DNA of 64,000 bases from Botryllus schlosseri. Taxonomy: Eukaryota. Position numbers and translations under genes: made by a program. Location: assembly GCA_051294905.1 (NCBI GenBank), contig CM119372.1, positions 35,218,001 to 35,282,000 of the forward strand, given 5' to 3'. Shown here in pieces: positions 37,862 to 52,365 of this stretch. Position 1 is the stretch's first letter, and each line of letters starts with the position of its first letter. The notes below the pieces were generated by a model. The model was given only the letters and a program-made list of their open reading frames with translations, searched no databases and was not told where the DNA came from.

Positions 37862-38517
37862 GAGGATAGCTGCTAAGTTGACCTCCACATTTGAACACAT
37901 TTGACAACGGCTTGTGTGGTTCCTCTGGTGTATACTGTTTATAATGAGAAAACTCTTGTTATCTATTTCATGATGATCTTATATTGCTGAAAACTAATTA
38001 CGCTATGATGTTGATCATTATCAATATATTTTTCGAATATACTTTCTTATACGTTGCTTGTGGTATCAAATACCGGTCGACAGCTTGAAACTTAAATATA
38101 ACTGATAGTGACTGTTACGCCGTTCTTAATACTACTTCATCTAAACTTATATTACATCAATATAAAATACTTGCCGCCTTACTATATTGGCACTTGTTTG
38201 TGCTTCCCCATATCCAATTGACTGCTTCATACAAAATAAGCTGAGATCAGCGATGTCCAAACGACGGATCACAACAACCAAAACCGTTTTTATTTGCTCC
38301 TAGCAAATTATGTTTGTTTGTTTGATTTAAGAAAGTCTTTCTCTGTTTCATGACATGAAAAAGATCATTAAACTGCAACTATATTAGTGGTTGCCAAGCG
38401 TTTTATACCTTCGGCCCGATTTCCAATTTGAAAATGTGACGTATAGCCACCTCCTGATTTTATTTGATTGACTATTAAAAATGGGAGCACGGTCTCCAGA
38501 AATTACTGCCTATTTCG

Positions 38518-38921
38518 TAGGGTTACCATACGTCCTCTTTTCAGAGGATTTGTCCTCTTTTTCGACTTTTTTGTAAGTGTCCTCGGAGGAGGCCCAAATG
38601 TCTTCTTTTTTGAGAATTTGTCCGCTTTTTGGAAAATTTTGGTTAAATGTATGCAAAAATTCGAATGAGATATAGGAAATTAGCATTAAGGTAAGGGCCC
38701 GTCGGGTCTTTCGGGAGTTGAGCCAGAAAGACGATTTTTTTAACCAACACCATCAACTTTAAGTAAAAAGTGTGTAAATTCGGAGTCGAATGAAAGTGAT
38801 GACCCTTTTAGTCAACTAACTACAAATCCGAGTAAATTACCAATTTTTCCGGATTTTTCACCGGTATTGAAGTCTGAAAATTTGTGTCATCTTTTCAGAT
38901 TACCAAAATATGGTAACCCTA
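38518..38921. mobile_element. MITE with TAGGGTTACCATA TIRs
   Basis: Perfect 13-bp TIRs; TSD degenerate. Confidence 0.8.
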
Positions 38922-39599
38922 GTACTTGGCTATTTGAAAGGCTGAATACTACCAAAATTAAAGTTCGCGACCTCCGCAACTCGGACGTTGAAAACCACTT
39001 CCGTACACCAGATAAGCTTTTGCGCATTGAAAAATACGTTGTGGATTAGTATAGTGTGTCAGTGCATATAGGTTGAAATGAACGAATTATATATGATATA
39101 AGAGCCGACATTGTCAAGGCAAAAATTGTGAAAAAGTCTGTTCCGGCCAACTCATACCCGATTCGTGACGTCAAGTAATTGTATAATTTTATAACCTATC
39201 CTAAATCAGCGACTTCTTCTTCTCGGACAGCTCCAATCTTAGAACGTTTTTGCACCAAAGGAACTACGTGCCATCAGTAAGCCGCTAGCATATGACACTG
39301 GAAGTATACACTAAACATATTAATTTACAAGTATACCTATCCCTTGGATTATACAAGTCAATTATGCGTTTCTGGGTTAGTTGTTTGATCTGGCTTATTT
39401 TTCGATCATGACATAGCCGTACAATACAATACATTCATCTGAACAAGCTACACATACAATATACAATGCGATAAGACACAGATAGGAGGATGTCGAACGA
39501 CACGCATCAGTAGCGATCCTTTACTCAAACATCCACCTCGGCCGAGAGTGCCCGATGTCACAGTTCTTTTTCAATGTTGATCTTTTTTGAAGCCGCGGC

Positions 39600-39763
39600 C
39601 CTTTCTACTAGTTCTTTCCATTCCTTGTGAGTGCTTTCTTTCTTCGGGTCTTTTTTTCTGGGCTTTCTGGGAAGAGGAGCCCAAATGAACCTCCGACGGG
39701 AATCGAAGCGGATCCACCTGCTTGGTAGGCGCTTATCGTCACCACTACGCTATCTCCCCCGCC
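39600..39763 (-). mobile_element. tRNA-derived SINE head or tRNA pseudogene
   Basis: Minus strand GGGGGAGATAGCGTAGTGGT (A box)...GCTTCGATTCCC (B box). The cloverleaf pairs poorly. Confidence 0.55.
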
Positions 39764-39787
39764 ATAGTAACGCCGCAGTAACGCGTG

Positions 39788-42725
39788 CACTGTTAAAAAT
39801 ATTCTATGCCAAATTACTGGTCTGGTCCTGGCAGCAGTTTTACGACTCTGAGACCAGTAAATTTGAAAAATATTTTCCAGTAAATATTATTGACCGTAAT
39901 TTATTTTTACAAAGACTGACTGTTAAAATTTTTACGGAAAATTCCCGTTATCTGATGTAACGGAAAACGGCTGTAATACCAAGTTACTGGTCTAGTCCAG
40001 TGCAGCAGTTTTACGCTGATGAGACCAGTAAATTCGAAATAACTCTCCCCGTAATATGATTTTACATATGCTGACCGTAGGAAATTTTACGGAAAATTTC
40101 CGTAATCTAAGGTAACAGAAATCTGCTGTAATATCAATATACTCGTCTGGTCCCTTGCAGCAGTTTTACGTTCCTGAGAGCAGTAAATTTGAATCAGGTT
40201 TATTTGGTGCGGGAACACGTAAAAAAAAAGTAAGTGTGGATAATGACGAAAATCCAGTCTTTCTTGTGGAGATCATCGGTCAGCAACTGCCTGAATGAAG
40301 AGGGCTTCATCAAAACTTCAGCAGCAGTTGAAGGACTGTACTTTGGGCCATGCTCTTTTGTAGGTTCTTCTATAATCTGAACAAAGATTATGCTGTCATC
40401 AACACCGTTACAATTTGGAAACTTTGAGACGCTATAGTATGACATACTGCGACTTTTCATATTCTTGTCAATTTCTCAAATAATGATGGCCTAGGATAGC
40501 GATGTCGAACATAAGGCCAGCAGGCCGCATGCGGCCTGCGAAGCAATTCTGAGTAGTTTGAAAAACCCCTGTATTACCCAGCACATTTTCTAACAAATGT
40601 TGAGATATTATTGTAAGAAATGCTTCCCGCAAGGCCACAAATGTCAAGATCATAGACCGTGATATAATTATCCGACAGTGGCGTTATGGTTTTACTCTAG
40701 TCATCATCAGGAACAAGTTGGTGATACTGACATCCAATTCCAAAAACTCCAAGAAGTGCACACTGAGTTCATATTTTTATGAAGAAATGAGCATAAAAGT
40801 AGTTATTCGTGAAGTGAAAACAAACTGTTATATGCAGGTCGCATGGAAAATATAATAGTTATAAAAAAATACAATTCAAATATATTTGGTCGCACTGCTG
40901 TATCACTTCTACTCTAAGGCCCCAGACAGACAGAGAAACCCGAATGACGATTAATAATGAGCCAAATTCTAACGTCTGCGTTTACAATTAAATCCCTTGT
41001 GTTCCTCAAAGCGCATACGATGAGTTAACGGCAGATTACGATTAAAACAAAGAGAGCATACAAATATGTCAGCTTATTCCGTGGTTAGAGTCAGTGTTTA
41101 AGCGGTTGAATTCAAACGATCAATCTTTGAACTTTTGCCAAACTTCCGTTGTTTGCGAGTAAAGGTGCTGCTAGAATATATCCATATGATATGATCGTGA
41201 ATGTTATGTAATATACCAAAATGTATACAGGATTGATAATAAACTATTTAAGCGAAAAGTAAGGTCGGGCGTTTTGATGTACCGTAACATTTTGGAATGA
41301 TTTGACTGATCCGGCCCGCGAGCGGTTTGAAAGTTTGAATCTGGCCAGCGACGCAAGTTGAGTTTGATACGGATACCCTTGGCCTAGGACTTCGTACCTG
41401 AATCATCTTTTCCAGCGTGATTGCAAACTTTTCTGGCAATACTCCTTTGCATCGCACGTCCAATGTATTTCGCACGGCATCGTGCTAGAAGCGAGAGGCG
41501 AAATGATCCCTTTCTATCACATAAGCATTCGACGTCATGATTCATAATGCCATAACGCTTCCATTTTCGTGTAGTTCAATGGCAGAAAATGTAATACATT
41601 CTTATAAGCCATAGCTTCTGTTCACCATTAAACTGTAACGAAAATACATACGTCTTCAGAAACAGGACTGAGAATAACTTGCCAGATTTGAGCTCGGATA
41701 CTGCTATACCTACGATATCCGCTATCAACACCTGCAATATTCTAAAGCTAGAGTTAAGCTGTGGCTTCGAAACCCTCAATATCTTACAGCAACGGATCTT
41801 GTTATTATCCAATACGAAAACATCGCGTCGATATAATAATTAATATCTATCTCGGAACATTCAGCCGCACGTGCTCAGGCTCAGATATGTCTGACGTCTG
41901 ACGCCAATATGTCTGGAATATGTATGACGTCACAATGTACTGTTCGCTCGAGCAGCTACGAATTCATGATGAAACAATTCACAAGTCCATTCGCAGGAAA
42001 AAGGTAAAGGACGTCTACTACTCTCGTCTCAATGGCAAAGGAGCATGGCGGCTAAACACCAGCTCCAGTGTTTCGATATATAGTTTGCATCATACATGCG
42101 TTAAGGAGTCTACAATGGTGGCAGAACTGGTCCAACAGATAATTACACAAAAGATCATACCTGCAGTAAAACTACATAACATACCAAATTCGCTTGCCAT
42201 GCTACTGTTGCTAGACCTTGATGTCTCAAAGGATACTATTTATGAAGCGATATAAACGATGGTATCTGCAATGCCCAAATGTTCGGATACCATTCACCGA
42301 TGAGCAATCAGCACGGCCATCGATGTCGTAATTTGGTTGATGATTGAAACATGATGTAATTACGAAAATCACATTTATATATGTACGTAAGACCGTAAGC
42401 GTGTAAAATGATCGAATTGTGAGTTCAATAGCAATGTTGCAAATAATGATTATCCAGTAAATCGCTTTTACGAATGCAAAAGTAAATCCGGAATACTTAT
42501 TATCCAGTAAATTGCTTTTACAAATCCAAAAGTAAATCTGAAATACTGGTTATCCCGTAAATTGCTTCTACGAATTTATTCTGTAATTTTTTTACCCTCT
42601 AAAAACAAGTAAATTTACTTTTGACGTGCCCGTATATTAATTTAACGGGCATTTACCGTTAATATAACTGACGGAACAAATTTACCGGTATAATTTTGGT
42701 AAATCTACGAATATTTCTAAGAGTG
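39788..42725. mobile_element. CACT-terminated (CMC/EnSpm-like) non-autonomous element
   Basis: Ends CACTGTTAAAAAT and ATTTCTAAGAGTG, with TG on both flanks. Subterminal tandem repeats: ~165-bp units at 39811/39981/40138 and ~48-bp units at 42450-42575. Confidence 0.62.
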
Positions 42726-45685
42726 TGCATGCATTACGGGACGCGGAAACCATCACAAATTGGTAATCAAATAATCAACACAATACGATCGACGAGCGCG
42801 CCTTGTAGAGCCGCTACAATGGAGTCGCGACCACAAAAGGTTGGAAACCACTGGATGTGTGGTGTTTATAAATCTCCGTGATGTGCACCGGCATAAGGCT
42901 GATAAACAATCTCATCGGTGGGACATGAACATGACTTTACGATGTGCAATTACGCTCCCTGTATTATCGAACTCATCATCCTCCACCAGCTGTATCGCAA
43001 ACTCTGATCATGTGGGCGGAGAGTAGTATTTAAATAGTAATACATGCAACAACCAATATTATTGACAGAATTCATTCCAATAATTTAACGACCAGATGCA
43101 TATAGAAACTTGATTTATATAGCAAGCACCCCTCCCCCCTGAAGTTGCATCGATTACCCGATAGTGTGGGCTCAAAATCATTGTTTATTTGGGCGGGAAG
43201 GGGCCGAAAACATATGCTTTCGGTCCCTGTTACACAACACACAGCCACATACTCCTGAACCGGATCGCGACCACCTCCGGTCCATGAGCAAAGCTTGGCT
43301 AATGTGACGTCATAACTCATTTTGAAATCCACTAGTGGGCGCTAAAGAGTGTCCGGAATTTGGGTTGCAGAAATATTGTAACCCTATGCTAGAAGAGTAA
43401 AGGAGTACTGAAGAGCAAATACTATGATACCATGATATGAAGAATGTAGCCACAAATAAGTTTCGCTCTGATGTCATGAAATCTTCATTTGCGCGACAAA
43501 TGACATCTCGATATATTGACTATTACTTGAGAAATACATTGATCTGTATTTCATCTGCTAGTTATAATATTTCTTCTTCGCGGTCGCCGAGTTGAGTGAG
43601 GAATATACTTTATTTGAGACTTAAATCATTATTGTTTTAAGGAGGCTATCTCAATGAAGTGTACCAATTTCCAGCTAATCAGAGTCATAATGTTTTAATG
43701 CACTATAGCTGTCTTCGTCCAAACGCTATCGCCAGACCACCTCAAGACCGAAGCGCTTAACACAAAGCTTCGCATTAAACTATCATGCCTACAACGCGAT
43801 GTCGGTTCGTGGTGAAGTGATGAAATTTGCCGCCACAATACCAAAAATGGTCGATATTTCAATTTATTTTACCGTGGGTTCTACTGGTAGGAAATAAGCT
43901 AAACGCCAATTTGCTGCGTTTTTTCGGACAACGTAACAATCTAATAATTGAAACCGGAAAATTCGAAGAAATAATAATGTTTAACCCTAACGTAACGTCG
44001 AAGATTCCTTTTATCATAATCAACAACAATGACGTGGCACTGCTAAGGTCAAAATTTTGAAGGAGAAACTACTGTCAAAGAGGTCGCATATATCCCCGTG
44101 TGATGATGCGTTGTTATCCGGTTACACATGTGCTTTACAGCCGTATGTGTTTGATCATGTTTTGATTGTAAATATAAACTTCTATTGTCTTTAATTTGAG
44201 CTATTTACAACACATGTCCTGACTAGTTCAGCGGAAACAATGGCATGTACATTTGTTCTCTTGTCGAGGTAACGGTGTGACAAGACCCTTCCAAATCACA
44301 ATAGATTCACGAATCGCAACAAGCCCGCATCCCATCCATAACTCCTCCACGTCCCAAATATACCATCAGATTGGATATCTCTATGATTGTTATATTACCT
44401 ATAGAAGGTTCAAGCAGAATTCTTTTCAGGTGATCGTTATCCATATGAGTACTGTTGCAACGTGATCACAGAAGAAAACGGGTATTATTTTTCCATTTTG
44501 TCTATTAGATCATGTTCCATTCAACCCGTAAACTTTTATAACGTAAAGAAACATAAGGAACATCACAAGTCGAATCGAGCAAGATTGCGACAAAGAGCCG
44601 ATCAAGCTCGTCTTATTGCATAAAATAATCTGAACCTTTCTAATGCTCTTCACATTTATGACACTAGGTTCCGTAAACATGAAAATGCTATATGAACTAA
44701 TTATTGTACTATCCCATTCATATATAGGTACACGAGGGATATGTTATGGTACACTGCGGGATGCTATCGACCAATGGCTTTGACAAATATGATCAATTTA
44801 TCACATGCATATTTTAGGCGAAGTAAGCAAGAGTGTTTTTCCAGATTTTCGTGATTCGAGAGGACGACTGATTCCGAATATGATCTTTTCATATTGGCTC
44901 AAGTTTTGGAGTAATCCTATTTTGACTGAAATTATTTGGACTAAAATGTCATATTTGAGCCTTCTGCGCTAGATATAATAGTAACTCAGTCGTGTTATAA
45001 ATCTAATGAATTGGATTTGTTCGTTGTATGTAAACAACGAGGACACTTATATCATACTTCTGCAACATCATACAATTATAGATGTGTTAGATTTATCCTA
45101 TAGTTAAGACGTTTTACGGATATATTGTAGCCTACATGCACCCGAATCGTATATATAAAAGTATATACATGAAATAATTGAAACATTGCATCATATTTCA
45201 ATCAGTTTTATGTCACATAAGGAACTTGTATGCAATAACATTCATTAATCTTAAAATAAAAATTGTATCTTATACGATTTTCACTACTGAGTAATTCTGG
45301 GCAGTCTCTGCCATATACCCTGATATCCTATAACCATGTCTGAAGGAACCACTCCCCTTGATCTTCACTCTAATCTTCAATATGATCAGGTAATTTATCA
45401 AAATGACTGGACAGGAAGTTATCTTTAATGGTAACGTTTACTTCAAATTTTTGCTATGCAAATATCAATGTTTGGACCAACTGTTTGTAGTTGGGTCCTT
45501 TGCGTTTGACCAAGATGATTTTGCTATATCATAGACCAGTTGTTCTGAATCGGTGTTCCAAGGAAAACCAGAGGCTCCAAGAGTCTGTCTCTGGGGTTCC
45601 CCAGAGGTAACAACACACACTCAATTCATGCATCTTATTTGTCATGATACGCTTGCTCGTCTTGGCCCTCATCGCGGGTGACAAG

Positions 45686-47294
45686 CAGAGTTGGATCAAT
45701 TGTAATTTGTAATTGATCTGAATGTAATTAATTACAATATTTCATGTAAATATAATTGTAATTTTAATTGAAGCATTTCTGTTATGTGTAATTGTATATA
45801 ATTGTAATTGTAATTTGATAAAAATTTTGCTCAATTACAATTTCAATTACATTGTTATGGAAACCTGACAATCACAACATAAAATAATCTAATCAATCAA
45901 TCATTTATTCGCCACACCAGTAAAAATCCGGTACGGACCAGGATGACGACGAGGGGCCGCAAGGCCTTAAGGCCTTAGTACACAGTCGCCACCTGTAATA
46001 ATTAGCCTATTTACATCGGTATTCTATGCGTGACGCGTTGTCACTAGATAATTCAGCCATGATAAACTGTTTCCCAAACTTCAGTAGCAACGCGGAAAAC
46101 TTTGTGAATTACATTATAGGCTAAACCAGTGGTTGTCAAACTGGCGGGCGTGCCCCCATTGGGCGGCGTGAAAGCATCTGACGGGGGCGCGAAGCTTCGG
46201 TAAACTGAAATTTTTCGGCGCTTGGCGCGATTCACCTCCATTTCATAGTTATTGCTCTGTGTATAGTCGGAATTTCATATTGAAGAATTCTCTCATCTAC
46301 AGTCATAACCTTCCATAACATCAAACTATCTATAAGGATTCCGAACATTCTGGTTTCATTATGTGATATGACGATAAGGGGGACACGGAATATTTCACTG
46401 TCATAAAGGGGGGCGTGTCTAAAAACGTCAGAGAACCAGTGAGCTAAGCTAAATCTTGATATTTCAAAAATTGATCAACAGCAGATAAGCTCTTCCAAAA
46501 CCTGTTCTGAAACATTTCCTACACCACGGCCAGAGTTTTATTTTTAAATGTCGGACCAGTACCGAGGCTTGCTGCAACAATTGCAAAAAGAAATGCAAGT
46601 TTCCAATCAAGACTTATCAAACTTGATCACGCATTTGTTGAGATGTTATCCCAATCATACCTCCAATCTTGGCCAAATTTACTGGGGCCAGAAATTTTCA
46701 CACCCTGATGTTCATCAAATGCAATCTAACAGTTTCCGAGCAAGTGAAAATGTAAGTGTGAACCAAAATGTTGTAATGCGGCGTTCTCAGGAGGTTCTTC
46801 CCTTTGCATTTATTGTATTGTAATTTTACACATCTTATCGGTATCATCCTTATCGCTGACGCCTTACCAGTTAGATTTCATTATCCTCACTCAGCTCTGA
46901 ATAGCCTAATCGTTTGATTACATTTCATTGACTGTCCTGTAGCCTATTCGCCGTCAGTCGCTCAAACTTTTGGTTGTTAACAGTCGCTTGAAACGTTTTT
47001 CTGTGCTTGTAGTTTTCAGTACTCATGAAACATGAATACCGAATAGCTTGAGATTGTTGCTAATTACGTCGCTACGGCTGTCAAAGAACACCTCTCTACC
47101 GAATCAATTTTGTTTAACAGTAATTGCAATTGTAATTGTAATTGTAATTACTTACATGTTTAACAGTAATTCTAATTGTAATTGTAATTCGACAATTTTA
47201 GCATTGAGTAATTGTAATTGTAATGTAATTGAAAAATCCAAGAAGGTAATTGTAATTGTAATTGAACTGAATCATTGTAATTAATACAACTCTG
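45686..47294. mobile_element. hAT-type element with (AATTGT)n subterminal repeats
   Basis: TIR CAGAGTTG; perfect TSD GTGACAAG (45678-45685, 47295-47302). Confidence 0.9.
46127..46441. mobile_element. Small CAGTGGTT-TIR MITE nested in 45686-47294
   Basis: CAGTGGTTGTC...GAGAACCAGTG; flanks GGCTAAAC/AGCTAAGC. Confidence 0.65.
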
Positions 47295-47995
47295 GTGACA
47301 AGTAGTTAGGAAGAGTGAATGTTGTAATTGTACTAGAAATGTACTAGTTAGATGTGTATTGTGGTGGAATTTTGTTTTTGTGACTCAGCGAAATTATGGG
47401 CGAAGTATTACAGATTAGCGTAAGTGTTCCGCAGGTTAGTAAAGGCGGAGAACCACTTCCCTACACCTAGAAGGAATTTCATTCAGCGAGCACATTTCTT
47501 TTAAATTGAAATTAGAATATATCATCCGCATTTGAATCGTTTCTTTGTTGAGTGCATTGACGAACAGCTTTATTAGCACTAATTTCACGATTCTATCCCT
47601 GGGTATCAAAGGCTCATTTATTATATTAGCTCATACAATTCAAACACTGGTTCTTGCGCCAGTACTGGATTTTTGCGCCCTGCTGTCCCACAGATAAAAA
47701 ACGGGGGCACTTTTTACAACCACTTTTTCGCTAGGCAGAAAATTGACCATTTTCAAACAGATGAGCCACATATGAGTATAGGAATAAGCTTTTAAATGAC
47801 AAATATGATTATTCCATCCTTTGCTTTCATATTGTTAGAATGCCCAGTTGCATTTTGTTTCTGTCACGTCACGTTTTTGAGATAAAAAAAACTTAGGTAA
47901 TTTTATTAAAATAAAATATAATAAAATGATTATTAAATTGCCTTGAAGCGTAGAGATTTTTTTAATCGGAACTAGCTAATTTCTTTATGATGACC

Positions 47996-48199
47996 TTAGT
48001 TCGTATGTATACTGGTGTAGCTTTCTCTCTTCAAGTTACACCTGTAATCCACCATTATGTGACAATTCCCTCTCCCGTAGTAGCTCTCTCCCACTCCTCT
48101 AAGATTTTGTGACTGACATCGCCAAGGTTTTGCAGGAAAGTAATCCATAGGATTTTTAAGACATTTTATGTTTATACTCTGCTCATGTCTTTCATCCAT
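47996..48199 (-). pseudogene. Degenerate transposase C-terminus, probably Chapaev3-like
   Basis: The ORF track reads LKNPMDYFP...YYGRGNCHIMVDYRCNLKRE, recalling the H.DFFP.NLG...RYQG.W...M.ADYCW.LKR motif. Family assignment is from memory only. Confidence 0.45.
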
Positions 48200-51100
48200 T
48201 CTATGTTGAACATTTATTTCACGAGGTCTTGACGTTCTTCAGCATTTCTGTTGCCAAGAAGCCGCTGGCAACTTGAGGTGGCCAGTTTCTAATTACTTCT
48301 ACCATTTTCAGAGTATACTTCGGCAGAATTTGTAGTACTTTAATAGTACTTTCGCTAATGGTTATGTTTCAAACTACTTACAATTACGTTTGGACTTTTT
48401 TATGCAGAAATACTTACTTCTTAGAATTTTGATTGTTTAAATACAGAGAAATTTTAAGATAAGCTTGTTTCTCTTATATAAGTGAAAATATCTTAAAAAC
48501 AACATCAGAGGTCGCCTACTCCGGTATTCAGGCGAAATCATCGTTCTATACCGGTAAGTATTTTCGAAAATTCTTCAATGGAAAGCAAAAACTAAATTCC
48601 AATCCTCGCATAGATTTTAAAATGGTAGTAAACTCTCTGTCAAGCATGATGGGCCACAAAGACGGAACTGCATCTACCCGACAATGTTACAGTTGTTTAC
48701 AATTTAAACCAGTGGTGCCAAACATACGGTTCGTCAGACCATTTCATCCGGCAAGCGATGTAATACTGATTAATTGAAAAATGCTTGTATTTTCCCGCAC
48801 AATTTCTTTCAGGATTTGAAATATATCGTAAGAAATACCTTCAAGTAAATAATCTCTAAATATAATCAAATTTTTACATAGTGTTCGCTCACGTTATTTC
48901 CAAGCGAGGGCAGTGTTCACTAGGGTTGTCCAAAATTTGGAAAATCTCAAAAAGTCTCCGTGATTGTGTCTCATTCTATATATTATTGATAAAAAACAAC
49001 AATTAGCTTGAAAGAAGCTTGCAGGAAAGCCGTTAAGATTTCGGACAAAGCGTTTGAAAGTAGCTGCTCAAGAATGGGCGTGCCACTGACTATAGAACGG
49101 CGTGAAGACTAGTAATCAAATAACCACGGCTCTTGATTGGCTAATCGGCTATGCTTCAATGACCACGGCAGCAGCAGCTTGCTGATTAGGTGTTCAAGAA
49201 GTCTGCTACCGGCGGGGATTCTGAGTGCGCATTGTTAGTAGTTTGGCAGGTGATGATTTAAGATCAATTCAGGACATGTTGAGGTACGAAATACATGATG
49301 AACAAACAACACCTGCTTCACAGAAGCTTTTACAGCATGACTGCTTTATTGTGAAGGAAACGACTGAAGCCTACATGTCGTGTTTTCATCGAGAGAAAGC
49401 GAAGGCGCTTATGCAAGTGTTGATCGAATTCACCGTTTCAGTACGGATCCACCATCAGTGAATATAAATATATAAAGCTTAACAATGACACTATACTTTG
49501 TGTGATCTTAATGGGCTGAAGCTGTAGTATATAGGTGACGTTTTGAATGCTCTAGGGATCGGCGGAATCAGCCGGTTATGCTTGGCACTTATCAGAAGCC
49601 TACAATAAATTGAATGCACTTGTAGGCGTTGTTAAAGTCCTTAATGATAACGCAGAAAAGAGGTGGTAATGTACGCACACTCGCACAGGCTGTGCTGGAT
49701 ATGGCATGTCAAAGTCCTTATTGATCCCGCAGAAAAAGAGGTGTAAAGAAAAGCACAGACTATGCTGCTTATAGTATCCAGCATAGTTTGAATATCATAT
49801 TCAACAACAAAGGCTATTTCACCAAGCTATACACTTCCTGGAAGGCAGAGAACAAGGCAAGCTCCGTAGTCGGCCTATCCTGAATGTATTTTTATGTATT
49901 TATAAAACGTGTCTGTGAGTTAAAAGAGTTTAAAATGTATCATGCCTACCATTGTTTTGAATTATGACGGCAAATAAATATAATTTTTGTTAATCGATCG
50001 TCACTTTCTCATTGCCTAATATCAATACAGCCACCGAGCACCATGTATTAACAATATAATTCACTGCTTTCAATTTAGAAATACAATTATTACGTCGCAG
50101 AACATGGTTAAAATTTTTGACTCGGCCGCCTAGGCATTTTCTTCTTTCATTTGGCCCGCAGTAAAAATAGTAGGTGCCTAGCCCGTTTAATAAAACTAAG
50201 TATTTTGTTTGTGCTTGTAACAATCATACTATATTCAGCGGAGTGTTGGAATCAAGACACCACCTTTGAGTCACAATAAATTTGGAATCACTTGAAATAC
50301 GGACTAGACTAGAGTCAAGTCAGATCATTTTGAAATTTTCACTTGTAAATTTCAAGTCAAGTCACAGACATTTTCAATGTTACTCTAATAAAAAAGGTAT
50401 TCTCAAATATGCTAATCAAGTCTGCAAAATTTATCACAATTCTAAATGCGGTTTACTGCAGGCCTGTCAAGTTTTTTCGTATATTGGCATGCCATTTTAC
50501 CGTTTACTCATGACACACCGAACATCTAGTAATTCTAAAATTCTAGTAGGAATAAGGATGAGCAAGACTTTAAGGCAGAGGGAATGCGTAGCTTCTAATT
50601 ATTAAAAAAAGGAAACATAGGATATCAGCCATGCAATGCAACAGTTTCTGTTGAATTACCCAGTCAGTCGAAAGAATCGCTCTGAATGCTCCTCTTGAAA
50701 GCGCATCAACATCGTTGATAAAGTTGTCTTTTGGGATTTACTTTCAAGAAGAGAATAATACTTTGATCGCAAAGGTATATTGTAATTGTAACCATGCGAA
50801 CAAAGATATAGATCGCTTGTTGACATGGATTTCGGTATTCAGGAATGAGCATAGAAATATAATTGGTCACTGGAATGTCCGACCACGAGATGTGATTAAA
50901 TATGATATTGGTGTAATTCCAAACATTGTCTACATTTGGGTATGTCAGTGACTCGTAAGCTTTTTCCATTTTCACCAAACCCTTTCAAGAATTGTAAATA
51001 TAAAAACGATGATTGCATGCCTAAACGGATCCCTAAAGTTTAAAAGCCTACATTAAACAGTAATTAGTCAGACTACACGCGAGCATCTAACACCCAACGC

Positions 51101-52365
51101 TAAGCCTGAGAATTCCCTGTTCTACATGCATGGTCGTAACATGACTGTGAAACAACCCGAAAATTTTACACCACTGGGCCTCCATAAGAGTATTGACGCT
51201 TGAAATTAAAGTTTGGTCGTACGTAAGTTCTTCACGCACGGAGGAATGTTACAAAATGCAGAGGTATACGCATAAGCATTTGTTTGATGTTTATTCAGCA
51301 TTTTGATTTTAGCTCAATCTTCAATCCTTACCAACGCCACTTGACGGGGGTTTGGAACAAAGCAGCTACAGCCTTGATTACAAATTGTTGCATCAACTCC
51401 ATGCGAAGTGAAGTCCATATTGGTACTGATTTTGTCACATTCCAGTGGTCCCATGTACCCGGTCAGACACGAGTTGATGTGCTCAGATAAATGATCCACA
51501 ATTGTGAAAGCATGTATATTCTATGCAACAATATGGTTAGTTAGTCCGATGTTGCTGTTTTACACAATTCAGGTGAGCGGTATGTAGTAATTGGTGGTTC
51601 AAAATCATGATATAGGGCAACAATAATAATTTTCCTCCGCCTCTCCATAATTACTAACATTATGGTAATAGTTGAGATAGTAGTAATTATACTTTTCACA
51701 GCAATTGTACGGGAGATTGAAACCGTGATTGATATTGAGTGAACAATGTCTTGCGCACTACAACTAAATATCCTGTACACCGAAGTCTCAGCAAATTGAT
51801 AGGACATTTTTAAAGAGTATCAAATTTCTCTAATAACGGGAACGCAATTGTATTCGAATACAGGAGGTATTCTTTTAAACTGATAGCTAGGCAAGAATAC
51901 ATATAAGACACATGCTTACACGACATGTCATACCAAATTGTCATCGCAGGTGTTCGTTTGAATCGGATAAGATTTCTTGCTAAAATAATACATTTTCGTG
52001 ATGTAAGACAGGCATAAGGAGCCAATCAGCAATGTGGGAATTAAATGACACATTAGTTGACCAAGTTAAATTGCTGAATTAGTTTGTATCAGTGCCTTAC
52101 GTTTCATAACAGGCGAGGCAGACGACATCCAAGTGACATTCACCAACATATGGAGCTAAAAAGGTAGATGAGTCAGTTGGCTACTCGATTATTTATCATC
52201 ACATAACCACTCTACTTTTTATCCATTATTATTGATTATAGAGGTAGAGAAATCCATCACCCAGAAAATCTTTATATAGGATAGAATATAATGGATTGTT
52301 CCATATGAAATGGCATGACGGAAAAAAACATTCACGATTGTACGCATCATTTCCAATTACACTAT

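Noticed and set aside
39690..39763. Functional tRNA gene (also 55740-55811)
   Set aside because: A and B boxes are present but the stems pair poorly; SINE heads or pseudogenes fit better.
40010..40056. CTGATGA...GAAA hammerhead-like motif in a subterminal repeat unit
   Set aside because: No NUH triplet adjacent to the stem I partner, and the other two repeat units lack the CTGATGA core.
39811..40200. Regularly spaced palindromic repeats resembling a CRISPR array
   Set aside because: The intervening sequences are homologous to each other, the context is eukaryotic and there are no cas genes; they are transposon subterminal repeats.
47048..47284. ORF with IVIV/NCNC repeats
   Set aside because: Translation of the (AATTGT)n subterminal array.
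49225..49760. Possible transposase relic (VKVLNDNAE-RGV-like motif, twice)
   Set aside because: Too short and frameshifted to assign without a search.
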